NCBI GenBank assembly: GCA_963752285.1 | Contig: CAVVXN010000005.1 | Span: forward strand, 928,001 to 992,000 | Reading direction: 5' to 3' | Length of the DNA stretch: 64,000 nt | From: an uncultured Planctomycetota bacterium | Lineage (GTDB): Bacteria; Planctomycetota; PLA2; JAEUHO01 | Shown: piece by piece, positions 1-8,725 of the stretch | How positions within the stretch are numbered: the stretch's first letter is position 1 | Layout of the letters: each line of letters starts with the position of its first letter | Program-made: the position numbers and the translations under genes | The notes under the pieces: model-generated | Database searches by the model: none | What the model was told of the DNA's origin: nothing | The model's input: the letters and a program-made list of their open reading frames with translations, nothing else

Positions 1-1
1 C

Positions 2-1144
2 GGCGCCCTCATCGTGAGCGAGAAGGGGCGGCCCGGCGTGTACCGCGAGCAGAAGCAGTTCTCCACCGGCGCCGGAGACGACCGCCCCCAGCTCCCGATG
101 GTCGTGCTCGTGAACGAGGGGACGGCCAGCGCGGCCGAGATCCTCTCCGGCGCGCTCAAGGTGCACGGCCGCGCGCGGCTCGTCGGACACATGACCTACG
201 GGAAGGGCTCGGTGCAGCACCCCCTCGACCTGGCCCAGCGTCCGGGCGAGAAATACGAGGACCAGCCCCGTGACCGCCCCGTCAGCTACACGGACCTCAA
301 CCACAACGGGCAGCTCGACCCCGGCGAACCGGTGCGGACCGAGCTCGGCGGACCGAACGGGCGCTACGACCCGCCCGAGAAGTTCGAGGACCTGAACGGG
401 AACGCGCGGTACGACCCCGGCGAGCCGTTCACCGACGAGAACCTGAACGGCAAGTGGGACGACGGCGAGCCGTTCCAGGACGACAACCACAACGGCATCC
501 GCGATCCCGGCGCCAGCCTGAAGCTCACCGTCGCCGCCTGGTACCTGCCCGACGGGCAGCGTCTCCAACGCAAGACCGAGGTGAAGGACGGGAAGCCGGT
601 CGTCACGGGCGGCATCGAGCCGAACGTCGATGCGGCGCCGGACAAGGTCGATCTCTGGGAGCTGCAGGCGCAGCGCGAGATCGAGTCGGGCACGAAGGTA
701 GACGACTACGTGAGCCGGCTCTACAAGGAGCACCGCGACCTCGCGGAACGTTTCGCCCGCTCGGACGAGCGGGACCCGAGCCTCTACCCCGGGTTCGACG
801 AGCTCATGAAGAGCCTCGACACCCACCTCGACCGGGACGCCGTGCGCTATCTGGTCCGCTGGGACCTCAGGCGGCGGATCGGCGACGAGGAGGGCCGCGA
901 GCTGGTCGGCGACGTCGTGGACGACGCCGAGCTCCAGGCCGGCCTGCGCGACCTCCTCAAGACGATGGGTCGGGACCTCGCGTCCGTCGAGGGCCTCGCG
1001 TTCCTCGCGAAGGAGAAGCCCCCGGAGGCGAAGGACGACGGAAAGAAGATCGCCGCCGGCGACGGCGACGCGCCGCATCGTGAGGGCCCCGGGCCCACCC
1101 CGAAGAACGACGGGACCTCGGACGGGCCGGTGCCCACGCGCTAG
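2..1144 (+). CDS. S41 family carboxyl-terminal processing protease (5' truncated by window edge) with inserted DxNxNG repeats
   Basis: VLVNEGTASAAEILSGAL (catalytic Ser), TYGKGSVQ (catalytic Lys), LKLTVAAWYLPDG, GGIEPNV; the frame is open to the window start. Confidence 0.9.
   Translation, partial: GALIVSEKGRPGVYREQKQFSTGAGDDRPQLPMVVLVNEGTASAAEILSGALKVHGRARLVGHMTYGKGSVQHPLDLAQRPGEKYEDQPRDRPVSYTDLNHNGQLDPGEPVRTELGGPNGRYDPPEKFEDLNGNARYDPGEPFTDENLNGKWDDGEPFQDDNHNGIRDPGASLKLTVAAWYLPDGQRLQRKTEVKDGKPVVTGGIEPNVDAAPDKVDLWELQAQREIESGTKVDDYVSRLYKEHRDLAERFARSDERDPSLYPGFDELMKSLDTHLDRDAVRYLVRWDLRRRIGDEEGRELVGDVVDDAELQAGLRDLLKTMGRDLASVEGLAFLAKEKPPEAKDDGKKIAAGDGDAPHREGPGPTPKNDGTSDGPVPTR
266..510 (+). repeat. 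About five ~13-aa (E)PFxDxNxNGxxDxG repeats within the S41 protease
   Basis: YTDLNHNGQLDPGEP, GPNGRYDPPEK, FEDLNGNARYDPGEP, FTDENLNGKWDDGEP, FQDDNHNGIRDPG. Confidence 0.8.
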
Positions 1145-1174
1145 CGGAGGCGACACCCGACCCCCAGGCCCCGC

Positions 1175-1942
1175 GTGCCGACGCGCCCCGTCCCGACGCT
1201 CCGGTTTCCCCACCTCGGGGCGGTGCCGGGGCTCCGGCACGCGCTCACCACCCGCGAGGGCGGCGCGAGCCGAGGCCCCTACCGGTCGCTGAACGTCGGG
1301 CTCGGGAGCGGGGACGACCCCGAGCACGTGCGGGAGAACCGGCGCCGCGTGGCGCGCGCGCTGGGGCTCCCCGTCCCGGTTTTCGCGAACCAGGTGCACG
1401 GCGCGGAGGTGCGCGAGGTCGTCCGCGCCGGCGACGATCCCGGTTCGTGCGACGTGCTCCTCCTCGGCGCGCGAGGCGTCCTCGCGGGGGTTCTCGCCGC
1501 GGACTGTCCGCTCGTCCTCCTCGTCGATCCGGTGAACCGCGGGCTCGCCCTCGTGCACTCGGGCTGGCGCGGCACCGCGAAGGGCGCGGTCCACGCGGCC
1601 GTGGACGCGCTCCGGTGGCGATTCGGCTCGCGACCCGGAGCGCTCCTAGCGGGCGTCGGTCCCTCGATCGGGGCCGCGCGCTACGAGGTCGGTCCGGAGG
1701 TGACCGACGCGCTCGCCGCCGCGCTCCCGCCGGACGCGAACGCGGTCTCGATCGACGCTTCGGGCCGGCGAACGGTGGACCTCCGTCGTGCGGTGCTCGC
1801 GCAGCTCGCCGAGGCCGGCGTGCCCGCGGCGGCGCGGGAGGTCCTCGGCACCTCGACCTGGGACGAGCCGGACCTCTGGTTCAGCCACCGCCGCGACGGG
1901 CCACGGACGGGACGACACGCGCTCGTCGCGGGTTGGGCGTGA
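1175..1942 (+). CDS. pgeF: YfiH/PgeF family (peptidoglycan editing factor / purine nucleoside phosphorylase-like)
   Basis: TTREGGAS..SLN, NQVHG, ADCPLVLL, HSGWRG, GPSIG..YEVG, FSHRR motifs. Confidence 0.9.
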   Translation: MPTRPVPTLRFPHLGAVPGLRHALTTREGGASRGPYRSLNVGLGSGDDPEHVRENRRRVARALGLPVPVFANQVHGAEVREVVRAGDDPGSCDVLLLGARGVLAGVLAADCPLVLLVDPVNRGLALVHSGWRGTAKGAVHAAVDALRWRFGSRPGALLAGVGPSIGAARYEVGPEVTDALAAALPPDANAVSIDASGRRTVDLRRAVLAQLAEAGVPAAAREVLGTSTWDEPDLWFSHRRDGPRTGRHALVAGWA

Positions 1943-1972
1943 GGGACCGCGCCACGTGACGCGGGCACCGCT

Positions 1973-2353
1973 TCAGATCGGCGTGCTCTGCAGCGCGTCG
2001 GCGAAGGCCAGGTCGAAGACCTCTTCGAAGTCGTAGAGGTTCCAGAAGTCCTCGCGCCGGTCGTTCGCCGTCTTCTGCAGCAGGTCGGCGGTGATCAGGT
2101 TGAACACGATCTCGCCGAAGTCGTCCGTTCGGTGGACGCCCCAGTGGGCCAGCACGCTCCGCGCGAGGTAGCCGAACTGCGAGAGCGCGAGCTCGCGGAC
2201 GCTGTCCATGATCTCGCCGCCGGTGACGTGACGCGCGCCGCCCCCGCGCCGGCGGAGCGTGTGGTCGAGCGCCTCGAAGACGAAGTCGTACGCCTCGGCG
2301 CGAAACCTGGGGTCGCGCTCGACGATTCCGACGATGACCCGATCTTTGTCCAT
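1973..2353 (-). CDS. Planctomycete/Verrucomicrobia-restricted conserved protein (Minf_1886-like)
   Basis: DPRF..EAYDFVFEAL..HVTG.E..R.LAL.QFG..A..VL..WGV..TDDFGEIVFNLI..D..EDF. Confidence 0.8.
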   Translation of the reverse strand: MDKDRVIVGIVERDPRFRAEAYDFVFEALDHTLRRRGGGARHVTGGEIMDSVRELALSQFGYLARSVLAHWGVHRTDDFGEIVFNLITADLLQKTANDRREDFWNLYDFEEVFDLAFADALQSTPI

Positions 2354-2424
2354 GCGATCACCCCGACCGGCCCGACAACGTTACCCGCCCTGGACCGCGA
2401 CGGGAAAACTCATTTCCGGGGGAG

Positions 2425-2600
2425 CGCGGCAGGGCGATTGTCCTCGGACACGCCCCCTATCGACCAACGGCGGCCTTCCCAGGAACCCACGTCCCGCGGC
2501 CCGCGCGCTCGACATGCGAACGGTCGCCTGACACCCGGGGTCGAGAACGGGCCGGAACGCGCCGCCGGGGCGTGCGTCTCGGAGGGGCCGCCTCCGCATC
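2425..2600 (+). ncRNA. Candidate structured ncRNA (nested rod); strand inferred from the downstream terminator
   Basis: Nested helices 2449-2456/2567-2574, 2468-2474/2561-2567, 2497-2503/2548-2554, 2508-2513/2540-2545. Confidence 0.3.
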
Positions 2601-2609
2601 GGCCCGGAG

Positions 2610-2647
2610 GGCCCGCACGGCGGGCCGTTTCGTTCGTTTCGTGTTTC
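2610..2647 (+). terminator. Intrinsic terminator-like hairpin
   Basis: GGCCCGC-ACG-GCGGGCC followed by T-rich GTTTCGTTCGTTTCGTGTTTC. Confidence 0.55.
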
Positions 2648-2674
2648 GAGGCGCGGAGGGCCCGCCCGCGCCCC

Positions 2675-3691
2675 TCAGGCCGACGCGGCGTGCCGCACCC
2701 GGCGAATCGTCTCGATCACGACCACGGCGGGCGTCACGTTCTGCGCGACGGCCGCGTCGAGCCGACCGAGGTCCACGAGGAGCCGCGTCGCGTCCTCGGC
2801 GTAGACGCCCGGCGGGAGCGCGCTCGGTCGGCCGGCCGCGCGGTCGCGCGCCTCGATCGCCAGGGCGTGGAGCAGGTCCTGGAGACCGGCACGGATCTCC
2901 TGTCGGCGTTGCGTCGTTGCGGGCGCGTCCGTCCGCCGTTCGGCCGCGGACCCCGCGACCGCCGCGAGCACCTGGTCGGCGACGTCGGCCACGCCGGCCT
3001 CGCCCCGCGCGGCGCACAGGACGCGGTCCACGATCTCGGTCGCGCCGGCGTCGGCGAGACGGCGCGCACGCGCGAGGCTGCCCCCGCCCCACCGAGCGAG
3101 CCGCCGCGCCGCCTCCTCGTCCCGGCCCTCCGCGACCAGGCGTTTTGCGATCGACTGCTCGGGAAGCGGTGGAAGCGAGATGCGACGCACGCGCGACAGC
3201 ACGGTCGCGGGAAGTCGATCGGGGCGCGTGGACACGAGGAGGAACACCGTGCCGGCGGGCGGCTCCTCGAGGATCTTCAGGTACCGCGCGATGCCTTCGG
3301 GCTCCATCGCCTCGGCCGGGTCGATCACGAACACCTGGTAGCGGCCCTCGACGGGGGTCCGGTACGCCTCCTCGAGCGTCGCCGAGAGGGCTTCCACCGA
3401 GATCACCGTCGCCTTGTCCTTCTCGAGGACGTGGAGATCGCCGTGCGCGCCGGCCGCGACCCGGCGCGCGACGCGCGCGGCGTGCTCTTCGTCGCGACCG
3501 AGCGCGAGCAGCGCGCTCGCGAAGCGGAGCGCCGCGTCGCGGGCGTCCGCTCCGTCCACGCCCTCGACGAGGTACGACGGCGAGATGCGCCCGGCGTCGA
3601 GCGCGCGCCTGAGGCGCACGCCGACCTCGCCGAGGGACGCGAGGTCGCCGGCCCGGGGCAGGGGCCCGCCCGAGGGGTCAGAAGAGGTCAC
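2675..3691 (-). CDS. holB: DNA polymerase III delta' subunit
   Basis: HGDLHVL, ISVEAL, VFVIDPAEAM, LKILEEPP..TVFLL, LPATVLSR; directly downstream of tmk. Confidence 0.85.
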   Translation of the reverse strand: MTSSDPSGGPLPRAGDLASLGEVGVRLRRALDAGRISPSYLVEGVDGADARDAALRFASALLALGRDEEHAARVARRVAAGAHGDLHVLEKDKATVISVEALSATLEEAYRTPVEGRYQVFVIDPAEAMEPEGIARYLKILEEPPAGTVFLLVSTRPDRLPATVLSRVRRISLPPLPEQSIAKRLVAEGRDEEAARRLARWGGGSLARARRLADAGATEIVDRVLCAARGEAGVADVADQVLAAVAGSAAERRTDAPATTQRRQEIRAGLQDLLHALAIEARDRAAGRPSALPPGVYAEDATRLLVDLGRLDAAVAQNVTPAVVVIETIRRVRHAASA

Positions 3692-4310
3692 GGACGGCGT
3701 CCCACACGCGGCGCTCGACCTCGGACGGATCCGCGTCCGCCTCGACTACGCGCAGCCGGTCGGGGTCGTCCGCGAAGATCGCGCGGTACGCCTGGGCCAC
3801 GCGCGCGCGGTAGCGGTCGCCGCGCAGCTCGATCCGGTCGAGCGCCCGCCCGAGGCGCGCCGCCGCGCGCTCGTCCGGGAGGTCGAGGAGCACGGCGCGG
3901 TCCGGCTCGAGCCCCTGGACGGCGACCGCGGACGTCGCCCGGACGATCTCGAGCCCGGCGCCGCCGGCCACGCCCTGGTAGGCCGACGTCGCGTAGTGCC
4001 ACCGCTCGAGGACCACGTCGAGGCCTTGGTCCAGGGCCGGGCGCAGGACCTCGGCCACGAGCTCCGCGCGGGCGGCCTGGTACAGCAAGACCTCCGTCAC
4101 GGGCGCGATCTCGCCGAGCGTCGGGTCGAGGAGGATCTCCCGGACCCGCTCGCCGACGCGGGTGCTGCCCGGCTCGCGCAGGTGGCGCACCTTCCGCCCG
4201 AGCGTCTCGAGGCGCTGGACGAGCCGCCGCGCCTGCGTGCTCTTCCCGGAGCCGTCCACGCCTTCGAGGACGAGGAACCGCGGGCGTCCGGCCACGGCGG
4301 CTCCGGTCAC
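3678..4310 (-). CDS. tmk: Thymidylate kinase
   Basis: FLVLEGVDGSGKSTQ, REPGST, LYQAARA, ERW..ATSAYQG; GTG start overlaps the dnaA-like stop (GTGA). Confidence 0.95.
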   Translation of the reverse strand: MTGAAVAGRPRFLVLEGVDGSGKSTQARRLVQRLETLGRKVRHLREPGSTRVGERVREILLDPTLGEIAPVTEVLLYQAARAELVAEVLRPALDQGLDVVLERWHYATSAYQGVAGGAGLEIVRATSAVAVQGLEPDRAVLLDLPDERAAARLGRALDRIELRGDRYRARVAQAYRAIFADDPDRLRVVEADADPSEVERRVWDAVRDLF

Positions 4311-5641
4311 ATCCGGGCGAGGAGCGCGTCGATCACCTGCTCCAGCGACGGATCGCGCTCGCGCTCGGCGCGGATCTCGCGGATCGCCCGACTCGCGCTG
4401 CTGTGGCTCTTCAACCCGAACGCGAGACCCAGCTCCTTCAGCGGCAGGGCCGCGGCCCGGTACACGAGGTACATCGCGACGCGACGGGGCAACGCCGCGC
4501 TCCGCGCCTTCGTCGGCGCGTCGAGGACGCGCGGCGCGACGCCGTAGTGCCCGGCGACGGCGGCCTTCGCCCTCCGGACCACCTCCTCGCGCGCGGTCTG
4601 CGCGACGGCCGGGCCGATCTCGCCCAGCCACTCGGCCTCGAGAGGGCGACCGAGCTCGGCCGACGCCGCGCCCCACCGGTCCACGAGGGCCACCGCGCCG
4701 TGCACGGATCCCGTGCGCTGGAGGACCTGGTCTACGACGTCCTCGGCGGGAGCGCCCTGCCCGTACGCCCGTCCGCGGGCGGCGAGGATCGCGACGAGGC
4801 GCGCCCGGTCGGGCACCGCGAGGCGCAGGACGACGCCGCTCGACAGCCACGAGACGAGCGTCGAGGAGAAGCCCTCGAGGTCCCGCGGGTGGCGGGGTCC
4901 GGCGAGCACGATGCGGGTGCGCGTGCCGACCGCGCGCTCCCGGAGACGGACGAGCGCGGCCTGCGTCGCCGCCCGGCTCGCGAGGCGGCCCACGTCGTCC
5001 ACGAGGATCACGCGCCGGTGCGAGAGGTCGATCTCGAAGGCCCGTACGGCGCCGAGCTCGTGCGAGCGGACCGCGGCGGCGTAGCGCGACGTGAAGCGCC
5101 GCGCCGTCAGGTAGGCCGCGGCGCCTGGCGACTTGGCCTCGATCGCGTCCGTGACGGCCGTGAGCAGGTGGGTCTTGCCCGTTCCGGGCGCGCCGTACAG
5201 GTAGATCGCGGGCGGGTCCACGGCCCCGTGTCCGTGGACGAGCTGGGCGAGGAGGAGGGGCGCGAAGCGGTCTCCGCCGTCGGCTACGAAGGAGGAGAGG
5301 GTCGGCTTCGGGCGCCGCGACTCGAGGAGACGCTCCCACTCGACGCCGCGCGTCGGGAGGCTCTCCCTCAGCGCGCGGACCCGGCCCTGCGCCGCGCACA
5401 CCACGAGCTCGACGGCTGCGCCGTCGCCGAGCACGTGCGCCGCCGCGCGACGGAGCAGGTCGCCGTAGGTGTACTGGAGCCACGTGCGGTGCACCTCGGA
5501 CGGAACGGCGAGCGTCACGCCTCGCTCGCCGACGCCCTGGACCGCGGCGTCGCGGAACCACAACCGGTACCGCCCGCGTCCGACCTCCCGCAGGATCTCC
5601 TCCCGGAGTCCCTCCTCGATCGCCTCGAGTGCCGCGCTCAC
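4307..5641 (-). CDS. dnaA: DnaA-like replication initiator paralog (divergent)
   Basis: N-terminal domain (YRLWF..LAVPS), Walker A YLYGAPGTGKTHLL, Walker B ILVDDV, domain IV PRRVAMYL..LKELG.AFG.KSHSS. Confidence 0.8.
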   Translation of the reverse strand: MSAALEAIEEGLREEILREVGRGRYRLWFRDAAVQGVGERGVTLAVPSEVHRTWLQYTYGDLLRRAAAHVLGDGAAVELVVCAAQGRVRALRESLPTRGVEWERLLESRRPKPTLSSFVADGGDRFAPLLLAQLVHGHGAVDPPAIYLYGAPGTGKTHLLTAVTDAIEAKSPGAAAYLTARRFTSRYAAAVRSHELGAVRAFEIDLSHRRVILVDDVGRLASRAATQAALVRLRERAVGTRTRIVLAGPRHPRDLEGFSSTLVSWLSSGVVLRLAVPDRARLVAILAARGRAYGQGAPAEDVVDQVLQRTGSVHGAVALVDRWGAASAELGRPLEAEWLGEIGPAVAQTAREEVVRRAKAAVAGHYGVAPRVLDAPTKARSAALPRRVAMYLVYRAAALPLKELGLAFGLKSHSSASRAIREIRAERERDPSLEQVIDALLARM

Positions 5642-8600
5642 CGGTAACCTGCCGCCTCCTCCGCCTCGCCCTTGAGGATACGCGCGCCCGCGTCGTCTGG
5701 CGAGAGCCGGAGCGCCGCGGAGGCCTGGCTCAGGGCGTCGAGCGGCCGGTCGGCCGCGATGTAGGCCCGCCCGAGACGGATGTGGTCGTCCACCGCCCCC
5801 GCCTGGACGCGCTCGTCCTCGGGGAGGAGGGAGACCACCGCGACCTGCACCTCACGCTCGCGGAGCGCCTCCTTCGGTCGGCCGAGCGCGTCGAGCGCGT
5901 CGGCGTACTCACGGTGCAGCTCGACGTCGGGCGTTTGCTCCTTGCCGGCCCCGAACGGGTTGATGTCGATCATCTCCGCCGAGAGCTCGGCCACCTTTGC
6001 CACGTCGTGCTTGCCCTGGTAGTAGTCCTTGATCTTCTTGCGGACCTCGTAGTCGTCGCCCGCGATCGCCGCGTAGCCCTCGAGCTCCCGGATGGCGGCC
6101 TCCACCTTCCCCTCGCCCTCGTAGAGCTTCGCGAGCTGGAGGAACGGGCTGACCTTCCCCTGGAGGGTCGGGAAGCACGTCTTGGCCGCCTCGAGGTGGC
6201 GCACGGCCGCCGCGGAGTCCCCGCCGGGACCGAGGGCCTGGTGGGCGAGGAACAGACGGACGCGGACGTCGTCCTGGCCGAGGTCCAGGTACCGCTGGTA
6301 CGCCTTCGACGCCAGGTCCATCCGTCCGCTCGCCTCCGCGAGGCCGCCCTCGAGGAGCACGACGGAGGGGTCGTCGGGCTGGAGCGCCTTCGCGTCCCCG
6401 AGCGACGCCCCCGCGTCGATCAGGTTTCCACGCTGCAGATAGGCCCAGCCGAGGTCCACCCGGGCCTCGAGGTCCTTGGCGTCCTTCTTGGCCCGCGCCC
6501 GGAAGGCGTCGAGGCTCTCCTGGTCCCAGTGCGGGACCATGCGGTACCCGCCGACCTTCGCGTCGATGAACTTCTCGAACTCCGCGTCGTAGTCGTCGAG
6601 CTCGATCGAGAGCACGTCGTGGAAGACCTGCTCGGTCGTGCGGTCCTGCGCGAACTCGCGGAGCATCTTCGGGATCACGTCGAAGCTCCGCGTCTTCACC
6701 AGGTGCTCGACGATCAGCGCTCCCTGGTAATACGCGAACATGATGTCGGGCCCGCGGAAGGCACGGTTGATCAGGCTCATCTTGAGCAGGCGGTGGTTCT
6801 TCAGACGGTCGAAGAGCTGCCCCTCCATGCCCCGCCCCCACGACGCGCGGTGCTGGGCCTCCTCGTAGACCGAGAGGCCCTCGGTCAGCCAGCGGGGGAC
6901 CTGGCCCTTGCTCTCGCCGAGTGTGATCACGTGGGCGAACTCGTGCCAGGCGGTCTGCGCCCACGAGAAGGCGCCGACCGGCTCGGACGTCGGGCCGAGC
7001 AGGGTGATCACGTTCCCGAAGCAGACGCCGAGGGCGGGGAGACCCGGCACGCCGACGCTCCGTACCGAGAAGTCGGTCGCGATGTGGAACGAGTCCACCC
7101 GCACGGGGGGCGTCGGAACGTAGCCGTACTTCGCGGAGAGGGTCTTCCACGCCTCCTCGAGGAGGGGCGGGAGGTAGTGCCGCATCACCTCGTCCTCCGA
7201 GGGGTGCTGGCGGATCACGAATCGTTCCGTCTTCTCGGTGTCGAACCCGTCGATGACGCTCAGGACCTCGAGCCAGTTGTCCCGCGTCACGTCCTCGTGG
7301 CGCTTGGACTTGTCCACCGCGGTCCGGAACGCCGTGCGCGCATCGTCCGTCCGGCCGAGGTTCATCAGGTCCTCGCCGTAGGTGACGTACGCGAGCGCGT
7401 CGTCCGGGTCGGTGGCGATCGCCTTCTCGGCGAGCTTCGCGGCCACGTCGTAGCGGCGCTGGCGCTCACCAACGAGGTCGGCCAGCGTCACGAAGAACCG
7501 GCCGTCCTTCGGGTCGGCCGCGAGCGCCTCCTTCTCGAGGGCCTGGTACCCCGACTCGTCGCCGGTGATCCAGGCCCGTGCGGCGCGGACCGCGCGGGCG
7601 TACGCGTCGCGCGGGTTGACCTTCTCGGCGCGGCGGAGCATCTCGTCGGCCTTGTCGTAGTCGCCGTTCCCCACGTGGATCGCGGCGAAGAGCGAGAGCG
7701 CCGGCACGAGGTTCGGGTTCGTCTGGAGCGCGCGCTCGAGCTCGTGGATCGCGTCGTCCTGCTGGTAGAAGACGAGGTCCACCCGCGCGCGGCCGACCCG
7801 GGCCTCGGCGAGCTCGGGGTTCTTGTCGAGCAGGCGCTTGTACCGGCTCGCGGCCTTCGCCTGCGAGTTCGCGCCGCGATCCGCTTGGAAGAGGTTCGCC
7901 TCCTCGAGGAGCGCGTCCTGGTCGTCGGGATGCGCGCGGATCCAGCGCTCGAGGAGGGTCAGCGCGGGCTGCAGCAGGTCGTCGGAGGGCTTCGGCGACG
8001 CCCACGTCATGTGGATGGCCGCCCGCGCGACCCAGGGCACGTCCTCGGGCGCCGACTTCGAGGCGTTGTGGGCCTGGATCGCCGCGTCGTACGCCCGGAC
8101 GGCGTCGTCGCGCCGACCGAGGGCTTCGAGCGCGAGGCCGCGGGCGGTCGCGGCGGCCGCGTCGTCGGGCGTCTTCTCCAGCACCGCGGACGCGAGGCGC
8201 TCGACGTCCTCGTAGCGCCCGACGTCGAGCAGGAGGTCGAACCGGAGCGCGCGGGCGCCGCGGTGGTCGGGGTGCTTCTCGAGGTCGCGGTCGAGGAGCT
8301 CGAGGCCCTTCTGGTAGTCGCCGACCCGGTCGGCCACGAGCGCGCGGAGGTAGGGCGCGTCGGCGTTGTCGGGCTGGTACCGCTCCACGCGACGCATGCG
8401 CGCGAGCACCTCGTCGTGGTTTCCCTCTCGGAGCGCCGCCCACGCGCGCTCGAGGTGGTGCTCGACCGCCTCGCGGCGCTCGTCCGCGTCCGGTCCCGGC
8501 GGCAGGTCGTCCGCGCGGGCCGTCGGGAGGCCGAGGGGGGCGGCGGGCCCGGGGAGCCCCGCGAACCCGAGCGACGCGACGAAGACCGGAACGAGGAGCC

Positions 8601-8655
8601 GGAGCGCAGGAGGGCGGCGGGGGGACGAGGGCATCGTGGCCTTTCTCGAGGGCAC
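5638..8655 (-). CDS. Secreted TPR-repeat protein with gluzincin (peptidase MA-like) domain
   Basis: Signal peptide, many TPR-like helices, WHEFAHVIT..VPRWLTEGLSVYEE. Confidence 0.8.
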   Translation of the reverse strand: MPSRKATMPSSPRRPPALRLLVPVFVASLGFAGLPGPAAPLGLPTARADDLPPGPDADERREAVEHHLERAWAALREGNHDEVLARMRRVERYQPDNADAPYLRALVADRVGDYQKGLELLDRDLEKHPDHRGARALRFDLLLDVGRYEDVERLASAVLEKTPDDAAAATARGLALEALGRRDDAVRAYDAAIQAHNASKSAPEDVPWVARAAIHMTWASPKPSDDLLQPALTLLERWIRAHPDDQDALLEEANLFQADRGANSQAKAASRYKRLLDKNPELAEARVGRARVDLVFYQQDDAIHELERALQTNPNLVPALSLFAAIHVGNGDYDKADEMLRRAEKVNPRDAYARAVRAARAWITGDESGYQALEKEALAADPKDGRFFVTLADLVGERQRRYDVAAKLAEKAIATDPDDALAYVTYGEDLMNLGRTDDARTAFRTAVDKSKRHEDVTRDNWLEVLSVIDGFDTEKTERFVIRQHPSEDEVMRHYLPPLLEEAWKTLSAKYGYVPTPPVRVDSFHIATDFSVRSVGVPGLPALGVCFGNVITLLGPTSEPVGAFSWAQTAWHEFAHVITLGESKGQVPRWLTEGLSVYEEAQHRASWGRGMEGQLFDRLKNHRLLKMSLINRAFRGPDIMFAYYQGALIVEHLVKTRSFDVIPKMLREFAQDRTTEQVFHDVLSIELDDYDAEFEKFIDAKVGGYRMVPHWDQESLDAFRARAKKDAKDLEARVDLGWAYLQRGNLIDAGASLGDAKALQPDDPSVVLLEGGLAEASGRMDLASKAYQRYLDLGQDDVRVRLFLAHQALGPGGDSAAAVRHLEAAKTCFPTLQGKVSPFLQLAKLYEGEGKVEAAIRELEGYAAIAGDDYEVRKKIKDYYQGKHDVAKVAELSAEMIDINPFGAGKEQTPDVELHREYADALDALGRPKEALREREVQVAVVSLLPEDERVQAGAVDDHIRLGRAYIAADRPLDALSQASAALRLSPDDAGARILKGEAEEAAGYR

Positions 8656-8725
8656 GGCGGGCGATGGATTCTACCGGTCGGCGCCGGGACGAGACGGTGT
8701 CCCGACCTCCGCCCATACTCGCGGC

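Noticed and set aside
266..510. Periodic DNA repeats as a CRISPR array
   Set aside because: Degenerate in-frame 39-nt coding repeats without unique spacers; no cas genes
2354..5700. oriC next to the dnaA-like gene
   Set aside because: No TTATCCACA-like box cluster or AT-rich unwinding element seen, and the gene overlaps both neighbours
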